A stretch of 62,862 nucleotides of DNA, filler included, from Klebsormidium nitens (Eukaryota > Plantae > Klebsormidiophyceae): assembly GCA_000708835.1 (NCBI GenBank). It is 7 parts of 7 records of this genome, joined end to end, with 100 filler letters (N's around TTAATTAATTAA, not from the genome) between each part and the next. Parts side by side here need not be neighbours in the genome. Positions count along the whole stretch, not along the records: positions 36,782 to 52,533 come from DF238001.1; positions 52,634 to 60,206 come from DF237022.1; 5 more parts are not named here. One strand, written 5' to 3'. Under the pieces are notes generated by a model. That model made no database searches, was not told the DNA's origin, and worked only from the letters and a program-made list of their open reading frames with translations. How positions within the stretch are numbered: the first letter of the stretch is position 1; every line of letters starts with the position of its first letter. The translations under genes were made by a program, and so were the position numbers. Positions 42,001 to 54,287 of this stretch are shown one piece after another.

Positions 42001-45000
42001 AGATCGATGAAACGGCACAGACCAGACAGCACACATCACCCTTCTCAGATGCATCGTCACTTTTCGCCTGCTTTCGCAGACTGTCCGAACGCCTGCCCTC
42101 TGGGCACCGCTCTGCGGCCGGCCGACTTAACCTGCGACTGCGTCCTGCCTACGATTGTGGAGCTGGCCTTCCGGCGATTCGCTCAGCAGTTTTTGCCCAA
42201 CGTTCCCGAGTTCGTCCTTGAGGTCGCCGATGGCCTTAACCTGACCGCCGCTCAGGTTTCGGTACGCCTTTGCTTGCCTCGTCCCTCATTGTGCACCTTT
42301 GCATCCTCTGTTGGAGGTTTGGGTCTCGTGTTCGACCGGGCTGCTGCGCAAGTGCTGGATAGCTGGGACTGTTCTGCCTTTCTCGTGTTGTTTCCGGACG
42401 TGTCCTGTTTCAAAAAGCCGTGTGCTTTGCCTGTGCAGCCATGCTGCCAGAGTTGTTAGGGGCAAGAGGGTCGTTTTCTTCAGCATTTTTCCGGGTCATC
42501 GAGTAAAGCTTCTCGATTGTTCCAACACTAACATCCGTAGAGATTGTCTTGACGGTCTTTACTTCCCGATCCTTGACGTCGCTCTTGCCATGAATCAAAT
42601 AGAACCGTCTGTAATTTCAAACGTAGCAAGTCGCTCCTACTACATGATTCAGTTCCAGCCGCTGGTTTATTTTGGCGATCGAATGGATGTTTCCAGCATC
42701 TCGGACTCTGAGGAACTAAGCTTTGAGGTTAGGAAGATCTGCTCAGCCGCTGAAATTCATTCTACACATTCAAGACCGTGAAAGTGTTCGTTTTACCAGA
42801 CAAGGCGATTGGTGCTTCTCGACTAAAAGCGGTGTTCGTGGAATCCACGCTGTTTCGAACCCCCGGCCCTTTCCACCTCATCACAGGTTCATATATATGA
42901 TTACCACATCAGCAAATACTAACAACTCCTGGCAGGCGCCTGGCAGGCTTTGCTTCAAGAAGCACTATATCTGTTCAAACTTGAACTAGGAGTCTTGCTA
43001 ATTGCCCGGCTTCTGACTCCAGGTCCAAGGCTTCTGCTCGGTTCTGCACAGCGGCCGCCGATTGCTCCAATCACAAGTCCATGACCTTATCGTGACGACT
43101 TGGCTGCTGCCAATCGCCTCTCCAGCGGATCCTGCCCCGATGCAGCTCTCCAACAATCAGACAGCAGCAATCACAGAGCTGTTCGTGAGCAAGCAGATGA
43201 GGTTGAATCAGACTCTGTTTGGAGACTACTCGGTGATCCAGATTCTGCCCCCCGGTACGTGGCTGGTCGACGTGGCTCGCTGCTGCGTGCTGTAAAAGAA
43301 TTGGGACTATACGCCATCCGTTGCATGTGTCGACTTACGCAAGTTCGTTATGATCATTGAACCAGTGAACTCAGCGTTGCGCTGAATCTCGAGCCCTAAA
43401 TTGGGTCCCGACGAGGATCAGGATTGGAGCTTACCGTCAAAGGAACCAAAGCTAAATTGTGTATTTTGCTTCTTTGTTTACCAGGGTCGACCAAGTAATT
43501 TGAAGGCAGGTTGCAGGTAACCTCGGATTCCGACATGTCCCGATACGTGTCCAACCAAGCTGGACCCTTTCCTTCTAGCCCCACGCACGGGTTTCGGTAA
43601 CACACCTGGCCCTTTCTGCGCCTAGCTGATACTATGCCAACCTATGCTCTTGTAGGAGTGAGACCTTCTCCCCCGGCCAACTGCACAGCGCCCGTCGCAG
43701 CCGCCACAATGGGAACCGGAAGTGGCGTACCCATCGTAGCCCCTAAAGTGGGGGCCGTAAGTGGCAGCCCCAGCCTCGGCACTCCTCCCAACGCTTCGCC
43801 AAGCAGCAGCTCAAGTGACTCAGGTTCCCTGAGCGTCGGGGTCGTCGCTGGAATTGTGGCGGGCGCGATTTTCGGCATCGGCGGGCTCCTGTTCTTTGTG
43901 TCGTTTGCCTCTGTGGTCCGGCGGCGGCGTTTGCAACAGTCGGCAAACAGGACCGGGGGGTGGAGCAAAGACGAGGGCTCTCCAGATGCCCCCGTGCGTG
44001 GTGCTGTGAGCTCAATCTCCACAGTTCGTTCGCGCTCTCGTGACTTTGCCCCTCTCCGATCTATGCACTTATCACACGCCCTAGTTACCCGCTCCCCATG
44101 TGCATCTTCTCTGTCGGTTTGCTTAAAGACGAGACCCTGAGATCATTGTTTTGGCGTGTTCCAACCTGTTTGCAACAGCATAATGTGCACAAGATATAAA
44201 CGATTTTGTAAAATCTGCCTTGGAGGATCTTACCAGTACCGGACTGTTACCAGAGTTCGCTAATACTACGGCTTTTGAGCGGAGGCACTCTGTAATCCAC
44301 GCATTCGGTTTTTGTCTGGGCGTGTTCAGAGCGGAGTCGGGGGGCTCACAGCAGGATGAGCCTTCCGGATGATCAACCCGATCCAAGGGTACGTTCACAA
44401 GACGCACTTCATTCTCGTCTGGCTTTCGGGTAAAGAAAGAGACATTAGCAAAGAATGCGGGGTTGATCCTTGCACGTACCAGATTCGGTGGCGTCGTCAA
44501 TCATTCCAAGTTCCGGTCGCCCTTCTTCACGGCTGAAAGATGTTCTTACAAACAATTGAACAATGAATAAGTCAATGGACAGCCACCCCGGCCTGCTTCG
44601 ATCCCTCCTTCCTCCCTCTTCGCACAGGAACGTGCCCCTGCGCTTGGGGCCGGCCTGGCCGCCGCTGAGGGGCTTGACTCATGGGGCTCCCCCGCCTTCG
44701 CCCCACTGCGGGGCCCTACGATCCCCCCGACTTCCGCAGCCTCCAATGCCGTCACCCATGTTCCTCCCGCTGGATTTCTCCCGGTGAATTCACTCGGGCC
44801 CCCGTCCGTTGGATCAACCAGCTGGCAGGATCCTCCTGCCCGGATCGGGTCGTACGGAGCCACAACGGCCACGCGACCAGGCCAGTTTCCTGTAAGCACT
44901 GTGGATTCCACCGGTTTGGCGCCCGGGCTGAATTACAGCAGCGAGTTGGAGTATTACAGTCCGGAACAGCCAGGTTCGAAAGGCCATAATTTGAAGTGGG

Positions 45001-45014
45001 CCAGGAAAAGGTAG
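39073..45014 (+). CDS. Single-pass membrane protein: Pro/Thr/Ala-rich extensin/AGP-like stalk, ALE2-like ectodomain, TM helix, short non-kinase tail
   Basis: An RRLLQ motif is followed by a long P/T-rich exon (39073-~40190, frameshift near 39660). Phase-consistent exons 42080-42255 (DCPNAC...TCDCVLPTIVEL...EVADGLNLTAAQ), 43023-43254 (...LFGDYSVIQILPPG) and 43656 onward (TM GVVAGIVAGAIFGIGGLLFFVSFASVV then RRRR) follow. The tail exon is ~44627-45014. The middle exons (40200-41700) are not fully resolved. Confidence 0.6.
40084..40910 (+). repeat. Degenerate ~110-130 bp (paired ~240 bp) tandem repeat carrying AG|GTA motifs
   Basis: (C/T)AGGTA at 40084, 40189, 40314, 40548, 40659, 40790 and 40899. 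Units 40615-40670 and 40858-40910 align, as do 40490-40560 and 40730-40800. Confidence 0.55.
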
Positions 45015-46565
45015 GCAGTCAAGTTGGTCTGGTTCTCTTAGAAGATGAGAGATCTCAGGCCGGGCCGTTCGCATAGGCTATGCTTGAAAGTATGGCTTGG
45101 TGAAGAGAACGTTGTAGCAGCGGTTGGCACTATCCTTGTTAGATTGACGTGTGTAGATGATGGCACACAGCTTGACAAAATGAGGCAGTCTTCTTGGCAC
45201 TATCATGCATCAGGTCATCAGCCTTAGTGCCAAGTTATCTGGCGGAAGGTTGTTGTTGACATAGGAAACCGTCCGTAAGCCCAACTTTAGCGTGCTGAGT
45301 TACGAAGTCCTCACTGAGTCAGCGGACTAGACGTCTGCACCTCGTCTGATTGACATTGAAAGATGGAACAATCTCAGGTAGGACACGAACGCCGTAAAGT
45401 CTTGTTGGACCTTAAAGGACGTTCTTTGTTTGGCAATCCTGCCAGCTTTCGAGGGTTAGCAAACAAGCACATGACTCACCGGACCTTCACACCAGTTCAG
45501 TTGTGTTATCAGTGAAGTTATTTTCAATCGACGACACTGGTTTTCTCAAACATTTTCGATCGAGCTAGTATCATGCCAGGGCCGCGGCTTCTCGGACTGT
45601 GAGACTGAAGTTGGACCCGGCCATGCATGCACAATATAGCTTTGAATGCTTCAAGTAGGATTTTTGTACTTAATACCTTGTCGGCTTCATGCATCATTGC
45701 ATTCAATCCCCAGGCTCGCTTTATTCATGCATTCGCCTTGCTTAAGTCATTCATTCATCTTGGCCTCCGACGGTCCATACCCAATGATCAGTTATAGTAC
45801 CATTCATGCATTCCGTAGCATGATGCACCTGCTTTTACTGCATGAGTCAATCATTCTATATTGCGCTTCGCACGTACTGCTATTTCGAATTAAGGTCAAG
45901 CTGATAATCTCAGTCCGATCTTGATACATCATTCACGTCAAGGTTGCACAGTAGCGATGGTTCGTATGATATCGGTGACTGCTTCAACCAAACCTGCAAA
46001 GTTTAGCTCCCCTCGACTCCGCACCAGTCCACCCAGGTGATTGCCTCATGGCGCTAACACAACTTCCAAGATCTGTGCATGATTGGCACACGTGCCTGGA
46101 CGTTTGTACGATACAGTTAGGATTTCGTGTAAGTTGATTATAGGGTTACATGTATGGGAACCCACATATGTACATCATTGAATCTTGACTGGACGTTGTT
46201 GGATCCCTCGTTAAAGGTTGCACTGCACTCTAGCCGTCCTGAAATGTACGGTAGGAGATTGGTCGTCCTTCGAGTCCGACGGTGACGGTCACTAGTCATC
46301 CTTCAGTGCTCAAGCTCGAGTGATTGGCATGATTGCAAAAGTAATCGGAGCCTCTGGCCCGTTGCGCCTTCCCAGAGTCCAGACGGAGCTAAACTTCAGA
46401 GAGCTCGAAAAAAGTATTTACCCATTCGCGGAAGGACGCACCGGGACCCGGATCGGGCAGTATGGGGAGCACACTCTTGTAATTCTCACGTTATTACTAA
46501 AATACACAGCCACCGACATACAAGAGTTACATTCATGATCAGTAGATCAGTAACCTCTTTAAGCG

Positions 46566-49500
46566 CTAAAAGGTATAAGCGGACCTGACGGGGTTCTCCA
46601 CACCCGCATCTCTAAGGATTCCCTCGTCCTCACTCCTATCTAACGCTGCCCTAGTAAAGAGGAAAGGCTGGCCAGCAATCTTTTGGAAGCGTCCCACGAG
46701 CACACCCACTAACGACTCACCCTCATAAACTGCTTCCCACAGCACATTGCAATACTGTGCCGATAGGCTCGTTAATGACACCACGATGGACTGAACAAAG
46801 ATCTGCTCGTCGATGTAGATTCTCGTTGCCCTTGAACTTCCCACGACATACAACCCGGTCTGGAACACCACTTGAGGGAGAGCCTCGAGCAGCATCTCAA
46901 CGGACACCCGAGCGTCGTGATACCGCTCAAAGCTGACAACTTCCTCCCCCCAAGCGAGGTGAAACCCAAACTTTCCCACGACAGCAAGCACGTCCTGGAC
47001 AAGCACGCCTACTACGCCGAAGGGCAGTAGCACAAGGGCAAGAAGCCAACGGTGCGGGGCCCTCGCATTCCTAGCCGGGTGACTATCTGGAGAAAACTCC
47101 GAGGGCGGAGGCCAGAGCCATATGAAGCGCATTCCGCTCCATCTAAGCGCCGGACGCGTTATGGAAGTCCAAGTCAAGGTGACTGCATATGCCCCAACGA
47201 TGAAGGGCGCGCATATGGACGCCAAAACCACCCACATCGGCCACGCCCCCACCACCTCTTTCAAAACGAAGAGGTCCGTGACTAGATCGACGACAGGCAG
47301 TACGCCCAATGCCGCTCCCCAAACGTAGAGTCCGGCATATTTCCAGCTGCAATTCGGAATGACAACATTTACAGGACGTTTCGCTGACAGCAATGAGGTT
47401 CGTTCTAAAAAGGTCAAGGTCGGGCAGTCCTTTAGTAAGCAGCCACTACACGCCTCAGTCAGCAGCAGGTGTTCCCTAAAGGTCAACAGCAAGCTTCCGT
47501 TCGAGGACTTGCCAGACCAAGCCAGTAGTGGGTAGTCTTAGTGACGTCTCCAGATGGATTGCACAGTACCCGGGACCTTACGAACGCAAAGTCCTACTGC
47601 CCCGTCCTTTAAGGGATTGCAAGCGCCAAGGCATCTACTACGGTAGTGAAAGACCCAGATCAAGGGACCGACTCTGGCAAGCTGATGCTCTGAAAAGCCG
47701 CTTTGCTTTCACCCTTCACCCAGCTTGCAGTGTCTAATCCAGACCTACGAGGACTAGATAGGACACATTTTGGAAGGCCTCCGAACAATCTTGCGACTTC
47801 AGCCAGTGTCCACCAAACGCGGCTGATGCTTTGAGCATCCTATGGTTGAACAAGCCAGGGTGTGCGAATGCCGGCCTCCCTGCAAGCTGCTGCTTAAGCT
47901 GACAGACCCTCAGCTGAAACGCTGGGCCGTTTTGGAGGCCATACCCAACACAAAACGCGCTCTCACCAGTCTCGACTCGTCGACAGGCCTGTGAATTGAG
48001 ACAGGCACCCGCGAGAAGGTGGGGTGAGCTGGCTGATTGAGATGGAGTTAGGTGCCAAGCGCGTGAACATTTTGGTTGAGGATCTAGCTGAAGTGCCTGG
48101 GTAGCTCGTATCTCACTCGTATATCACTGACCTGGCACGCGTCCGTCGGGTTACGTAAGCGTCATCAGTATAAAGTGGAAGCACATTCAACCTACCTGCG
48201 AGAGTCTTGCTCCTCTTGAAGATCGCCGTTTGGCCGCTTCTGACGCCGCCATCGTGCCACCAAAATAATGGCGCGCGTCGCCAGCAGCAAACCGACTGCA
48301 AACGACCCGAAGACGATTGCAGCGACCCTCTTGGCTTCGGGGTTACCGCACAGGTTGCCCGCCTGAACCCGCGTGAAACCCACCCCGGTATACGCTCTCC
48401 CGTCCGGGCCCAGATCGATGTAGTCCACGAAGTTGGGATCCGTCAAATCATAGGTCCCCTTGTTGTTCTTCAGAGCGTTTGTGAAACGCTGATTGTCATC
48501 ATAAACGGGTTCGGGAAGGTCCCCGTCCAAGAATACGGAGATCTTGTGCAGGCAGATATGACGCCTTGTGCTACGCAATAACCTGGCCCCCGTGCCCCGC
48601 AAGCTCACAACGCAGCCCGTGTTGCACGCATCCCAGAAACGGATGCGCTTGAGACGCGGGTTTGGGTCCGTCAGATTGACAATCTTGCAGGAGCTAGGCA
48701 ACGAAGAAAGATCCAAAGCCTCCGTGGTTTGATCGCCTAAGCCCAGCTGGAGGAGGTAGATATTGGTCTGCTTTGCAGAACGGGGCGGCTGGCAGGGAAG
48801 TCCCAGCGACCTGAGCTGCTGAAAGCGAGACAGGTTGACCCTTTCGCACGATGTCATGGTAGAGGACAAGTCGAGGTCTAGGAGGCCAGTCAGACTGCCG
48901 AGCTCGGAAGGAATGGGACCAGAAAGGTCGTTGCCGTTAAGGGTAAGGGTTTCGAGGCTCGTAAGTTGGCCGAGTTCGTGGGGAATACTGCCTGAGAAGC
49001 TGTTGTTGTCAAGGTACAGGTCTTTTAACTTAGCAAGGTTGCCTAGCTGGGAAGGAATGTTGCCGGATAGATTGTTAAAGGACAGCCAGAGGACGGTGAG
49101 GTTTCCCATTTGGCTAAATTCAGGGGGCAGGGTGAAGAAAAACTTGTTGTCGTGGAGCCAAAAGTCGGTGAGGCTAACAAGCTGGCCGAGCTTGGCCGGG
49201 AGGACGTCTGAAAGACCGTTGGTGGAGATATCGAAGGTTTGGAGGCTTGTAAGTTGGCCAAGCTCGGGGGGAATGGCACCCGTAAGGTTATTGTTGTAGA
49301 GGTAGAGGTGGCGGAGACTCGACATATTGCCGAGCTCAGAAGGGATTGTGCCAGAAAGACTATTGTTCTTGAGGACAAGGTAATCAAGGTTTGCGAGGTT
49401 GCCAAGCTCGGGGGGAATCAGGCCGTGAAAGTTGTTGTCTTGGAGATAAAGGTATCTGAGTCTGGACAATTTCCCCAGCGGAGCAGGAGTTGCACCGGAG

Positions 49501-50012
49501 AGGTGGTTGTTGTACAGGTAGAGGTGTTCAAGGCCTGTGAGCTGGCCAAGCTCGGGAGGCATGACACCCCAAAGACGATTATTGTCAAGGGAGAGTCTAT
49601 TCAGCTGGGCAAGCTGGCCAAGCTTAGGAGGGATGGGGCTGGAGAGACCGTTGTAAGAGAGGTCCAGGTTTTCTAGGCTCTCGAGTTGGCCAAGCTCGAT
49701 TGGGATGGCTCCAGAGAGGCTATTGTTGTGAAGGTCGAGGACTTTGAGATTGACAAGCTGGCCAAGCAGGGGAGGGATCGAGCCGGTCAAGTGGTTGTTG
49801 GAAAGATCGAGGGCAGTGAGGTTTGTTAAGAGCCCTAATTCAGAAGGAATGGGCCCGGTAAACCCCATACCACTTAGACCGATGGTGGAACGCTCTGAAA
49901 GGCCTCCTCCCACCAGCATGCTGATCTCATCGATGGTCACACACCGCACTATACACATCCATACCCACCCGGAGACGAGGAAAAGAAGAAACTCCTTGCC
50001 GGTAAAGGCCAT
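46566..50012 (-). CDS. LRR receptor-like protein fused to an XK-related-like multi-pass membrane domain
   Basis: Exon 50012-48196 encodes a signal-like N-terminus (MAFTGKEFLLFLVSGWVWMCIV), ~14 plant-type 24-aa extracellular LRRs (LxxLxxLxLxxNxLsGxIPxELGx) and a TM helix. A phase-2 GT-AG intron 48195-47347 joins it in frame (DSR-S-WKYAG) to exon 47346-46566, which contains VDLVTDLFVL, EMLLEALPQVVFQTGLY and SIVVSLTSL. Confidence 0.75.
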
Positions 50013-51686
50013 GTTGAGCCGCACGCCTGCAGACAAACACATGAAAGTGTCAATGACCACCATCCATGCTTAAACGGTGGCTAGCAAGACAATCAAAGAA
50101 TAATTTGTAATGCAATTATCATCACATCCAGGTTTTCAAAACAGCTCAGTCCCGACTAGCTACAAGTCCCTCCAAGCGAGGGCTCCGCATGATACGGGCA
50201 ACTATCAAACTCAATGAGCTTAGATTCCAAAGTCAAATTTTGATAGGAAAATGCTTTTGGCCAAGAGAAGCAGGAGTCGGACCAATCAAACAGAGGGTGA
50301 GACATACAGGAGTCCTCAAGAAGAGCTAGCATGACGCCAACCACCAATGGTATGCCCGCATGTGAAATGCGCATAGAGCTGACATGTGCCTGTCCTGCCA
50401 CTTGCAAGTGATCTTTTTGTAATAGATCACTGAAGAGTGCTAGTAATATTAATCATTGTGAAATTCTGCCAAAGGCCCGAAGAAGGTATGACCCCAGGAC
50501 AGAAACAGTGGAACGGGGGGGTCGGAAAGAGTATCAGCTAGACAGCTGAAGCAAGCTGTGCAATTTCCCCCCGATGTCGCTGCATGACAGGTCTTAGTTG
50601 GACTCTTAGGAAGTGGGCTTCCAAGAGGGTTCCCCCTAAAAGAGGGGACCAAGCGGGCAACTTCTGCATGTTCAAACCAGCTGGACTTTCTGGTCGCCGG
50701 CCATATCCTTCCCCAGTCTTGGCACCAATGCAGAGCGCAACATTGCAGGCCAGCTCCATCCAAGGTCAGAACAGCATATTCCAGCACGTTAAGAACAAGC
50801 GTAAGCCCTTTCAAGAGTCACCAACGCGCCGGCCTCTGCCCCCCTATTCCGACTTGACGGTGTTCGGCAAGCAGGTCCTGAATCTAGCAGGGCCTAAGTG
50901 GTCCAGAGGCTTGGGGTGCACGCCCCATGAACGGTCTCAAATGCGAGGGGCTACCAGGCGATAATTTACAGCGGTCCGTATAATAAGAATTCCAAGCTTC
51001 CAAGTCCTCGCTTTAGAGAGTCAGCTCAGGCTACTACCTAAAGTACAGGACCACAAGCTTCAACACATTGCAAGCTGCAAGTTGCTGCAGGCCGTCGGAA
51101 AGGCCGCCTTGTTCTCAAGGCCTCTTGTCATCTCGTCCTCATGCACCACCCTGTGAAAGAATCAGGATTCAGCAGTGAGCACTGTGTGGCAGCTGTTCTT
51201 TGGTCAGCTAGCTGTTCAAGTTGGGTTTCAATTTCTGCCTGGCCGGGAGACTTTTGGCAGGTTGACCACCAATTTAATACGGTACTTTTGACGTCATGCC
51301 GTAAAACTAGGCTCTAGGTAGTAGGCACTCCCTTTTACAAGTTTTAGCAGTGATCGAGTCTGTTTGAGTCTGTGCTGCCATTTGATACCGGAAGTTTGGC
51401 CGGGCTGTTTGCGCAAACAACTTCCTCGTCAGGCCGCCGGCGCCTGCTCCGGGAGTCCAGTCCCGGCGGGCCCACGTGCTTAACGCCTAGTCTAGTCTAG
51501 GTAGGTAGTACCGTAGTAGGCCCTGCAGTAGCCCCTGGCCCCTGGCCCCTGGGCCTGGGCCTCAGGCTGGCGGCGCCTGGCCCCAGGTCTGCACAGTGCA
51601 CACTGCAATCGTGCCTACTACCGTACCGTACCTCGAAGTCCGGAAGTTCCCAGTACCGAGGATGAATATCGACATCTTGTTCCGCA

Positions 51687-52320
51687 CAGGGGTTCTAGCA
51701 GGATTTTGCCCGGAGGTGCTGTGGCGCCCCTGGGCTTCGCCCCGGGGCGCGGACCAGCCTCCCTGGGGCGCCCAAGCCCCGGCGCCAGCGCCCGGTGCAA
51801 TGGGTATTCCGTCGAAAGCTGTGTTTAACCGAGCCGAATTCGTGCATACCGGTCCTGGGCTTTTGTCTACGGTACAAGCAGTCGGCAGTGGGCACAAAGT
51901 CAAATAAATACGTGCCCCCCTATCCAAAGCAAGTATCGTACCTACTACCGGAACAATTGCTCTTATTGAAGCAATGTTTTGCAGACGAATGGTTAAAGTA
52001 TGAGACTCGGCTACCTGTATGTGTAGAGGGCTCGACTTGGAATCCGTCGCGTTTTCAGTCAATTGTGAGTGCTTATCCCCAAATCGTGGAACTATAAGGG
52101 CTTCTTTAAGTCCTGATTATATCTGCAGGCAATGCTCTGATAATCTGTACTTTAAGAGATCATTTCAGAGTTCCCGGTTGAGGCGGCCTGGATCTAACTT
52201 TCCAAAAGTAGGCGGGACCTGCGGCCCAGGGCGCTCTGGCGCCCCGGGCTTCCGCCCGGGGGCGCCAGTATTTGCCCCGGGGCGCTCTGCGCCCCGTTTG
52301 GCGCCCCGCCAGAACCCCTG
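51687..52320. mobile_element. 634-bp non-autonomous hAT-type MITE
   Basis: Terminal inverted repeats CAGGGGTTCT(A/G)GC(A/G)GG at 51687 and, reverse-complemented, ending at 52320. Flanking 8-mers are GTTCCGCA (51679-51686) and CTTCCGCA (52321-52328), a 7/8 match. GC-rich GGCGCCCC/GCCCGGGG subterminal motifs occur in both arms. Confidence 0.8.
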
Positions 52321-52633
52321 CTTCCGCAGATTCATCAGCAGCTGCCAATTGTCATGCTCGTAGCCTTCAAGTTGTAGCATGCCCATTGCGCCGGTGCGGG
52401 CCCCGGGGCCCGGCGTGAATAACCGGTAGCACGCCAAAGTACCTGGCACTTGGTGCAATGATGGCGCTGAAGGGCCGCGGCAGCGCGGCCGCGGGCCCCC
52501 CGGGCCCCGTGTGCGACGTAACGGTTTTTTTTTNNNNNNNNNNNNNNNNNNNNNNNNNNNNNNNNNNNNNNNNNNNNTTAATTAATTAANNNNNNNNNNN
52601 NNNNNNNNNNNNNNNNNNNNNNNNNNNNNNNNN

Positions 52634-52928
52634 GGTGGCATGGCTGCTGACGTCATCAAGGGGGCCGCTCTCAAAAGGTACGTGAAAACCTCGGACACTC
52701 GGACACCTTGGTTCCGTCAATTACAGTAGATTATTGGTGGCAAGGTTGCTGTCATTAGAGAGACCGTCTGTCAATTGAAGGTGCTCCCAGAACTCGGACA
52801 CTAGGACACCTTCGAGCCGTTGGTTACAATAGATTATTGGTGGCATGGTTGCTGACGTCATCACGGGAACCGCTCTTAAAAGGTTCGTGAGAAACTCAAA
52901 CACTCGGACACCTTCGTGCCATCTGTTC
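52634..52928. repeat. Three degenerate ~102-bp tandem repeats
   Basis: Units start at 52634, 52736 and 52839. Each begins GGTGGCA(T/A)GG(C/T)TGCTG and contains ACACT(C/A)GGACACCTT; the first two end TAGATTATT. The array may extend into the gap. Confidence 0.85.
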
Positions 52929-52997
52929 AAGTGTGTCCGTTGTTTATGTACTTAGGGCTAGTGCTTGGACCAAACAAGATCATATTCCGACCTTGCA

Positions 52998-53750
52998 ATG
53001 GAGCAACTCTCTGATGGTCATACGCTATGCCGAGCCGTTGGGGTGACCTTCAAGAATAGACAAGCTGCGGTTCGCAACCTGAGGATCGGCCAAGAGCTTG
53101 TGCTTCTTAAGCACTTGGGGAACGGCTTCGACTCATATGCAATTGATATCTTCCAGTTGGCAGATTGCAGCATGCCACTCGGCTTTATTGGACGCGATGA
53201 TAAGCACCACAAGGTTTTTGAGCATGTTTGTGCGGGTTCGGGGTTGCCAGCAAGAGTCGATCGTATCAACCGAGGTAGGGGCGGTCGCGGGCCATGGGGT
53301 TTCACAATAGCGATCGCAGACTCTGCAGACTGCAGCAAGATGGCTCCTCCTCTAAATCTTACAAACGTTTGCCAAATTGTGATTAAGAGACCAGAAGAAG
53401 TACGGGGCTTGAAAGAAAAATGAGCAAGCGTGTGACACCTCTTTTGCCGAACGTATTGTAGCCACACGATGGACGCAATCTTGGGCTATCGTCCTCCAAC
53501 CATGTTTGCAGTCGAGCAGATGGATCGAGCCGTTCTTGAGAGTGCCAAGACCGCAATAGTGAGATCGTACAGAGAGTTTGGGATGCTTGAAACGATTTTT
53601 GATCCAGCAGCCCTAGCGGGAATTCGCGCCCTGGCAAAACCGTTCAATCTGCGTCACATCACTAGAGCGCTTGTGCGATCCCCAATGCTGAAGGCTTCCA
53701 CTCTTACTGGGATTGAAGCGGCATGCATGGACCATTTGCTGTCAAAGTGA
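52998..53750 (+). pseudogene. HIRAN-domain protein interrupted by two in-frame TGA codons
   Basis: AVGVTFKNRQAAVRNLRIGQELVLLKHLGNGFDSYAIDIF...LGFIGR matches the HIRAN pattern (VG.F..RQ...G..L.L..E..N.YD..AI...LG(F/Y)). ORF 53469-53750 is in the same frame after GAA AAA TGA GCA AGC GTG TGA. Confidence 0.65.
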
Positions 53751-54287
53751 GCTGGCGGGTTGCCCTTAAAAACGCGTCTCGGGCTCAACGTCAACCAAAG
53801 AAGCTGCGGTTGAAAGAACTACGGCTCACGGCTCCCTCTCACAAAGGAGAGTCGATTTCTCCCATCGGTCATACAAGTATCAAAGCCCGTTCTCCATCGA
53901 GTCCCGGATATGCCCCTAGTATGGTGTGGAGTGATGCGCCAATCTTGGATTTAGAGGCGCTTGCAAATTCCAACAAGGTTCGCCATGCTACCGAATCTTT
54001 GCGGGAATCCTCTCCCAGATAATTGAACCTCTGAAAAGGCACCGTTCTAGAAATTATGTACACTCATATTCAGGTATCTGGCAATACTCTGTTATCGGCC
54101 GATAAAAGAGGGGCGTTAAGGCCCCCAAGCCGGATTGTAGAAGCTTTCGCGCGTGAGATAACCATGAAAAGCTCCTAGGCGCACCAAAACTGTGAAAGGA
54201 AAGATAAACACGAAGATTCGGTATCTGAGCACTCCGCGGCTAGATGCCGTTCATCTTTTTTTTCTCAGTATCTAGATACCCCAGGGC

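Noticed and set aside
48835-50073. Plus-strand ORFs overlapping the LRR gene
   Set aside because: Antisense shadows of the 72-bp LRR repeat units.
52634-52928. Possible CRISPR-like array
   Set aside because: The 'spacers' are homologous between units, the repeats are degenerate, no cas genes are present and the context is eukaryotic. Treated as a tandem repeat.
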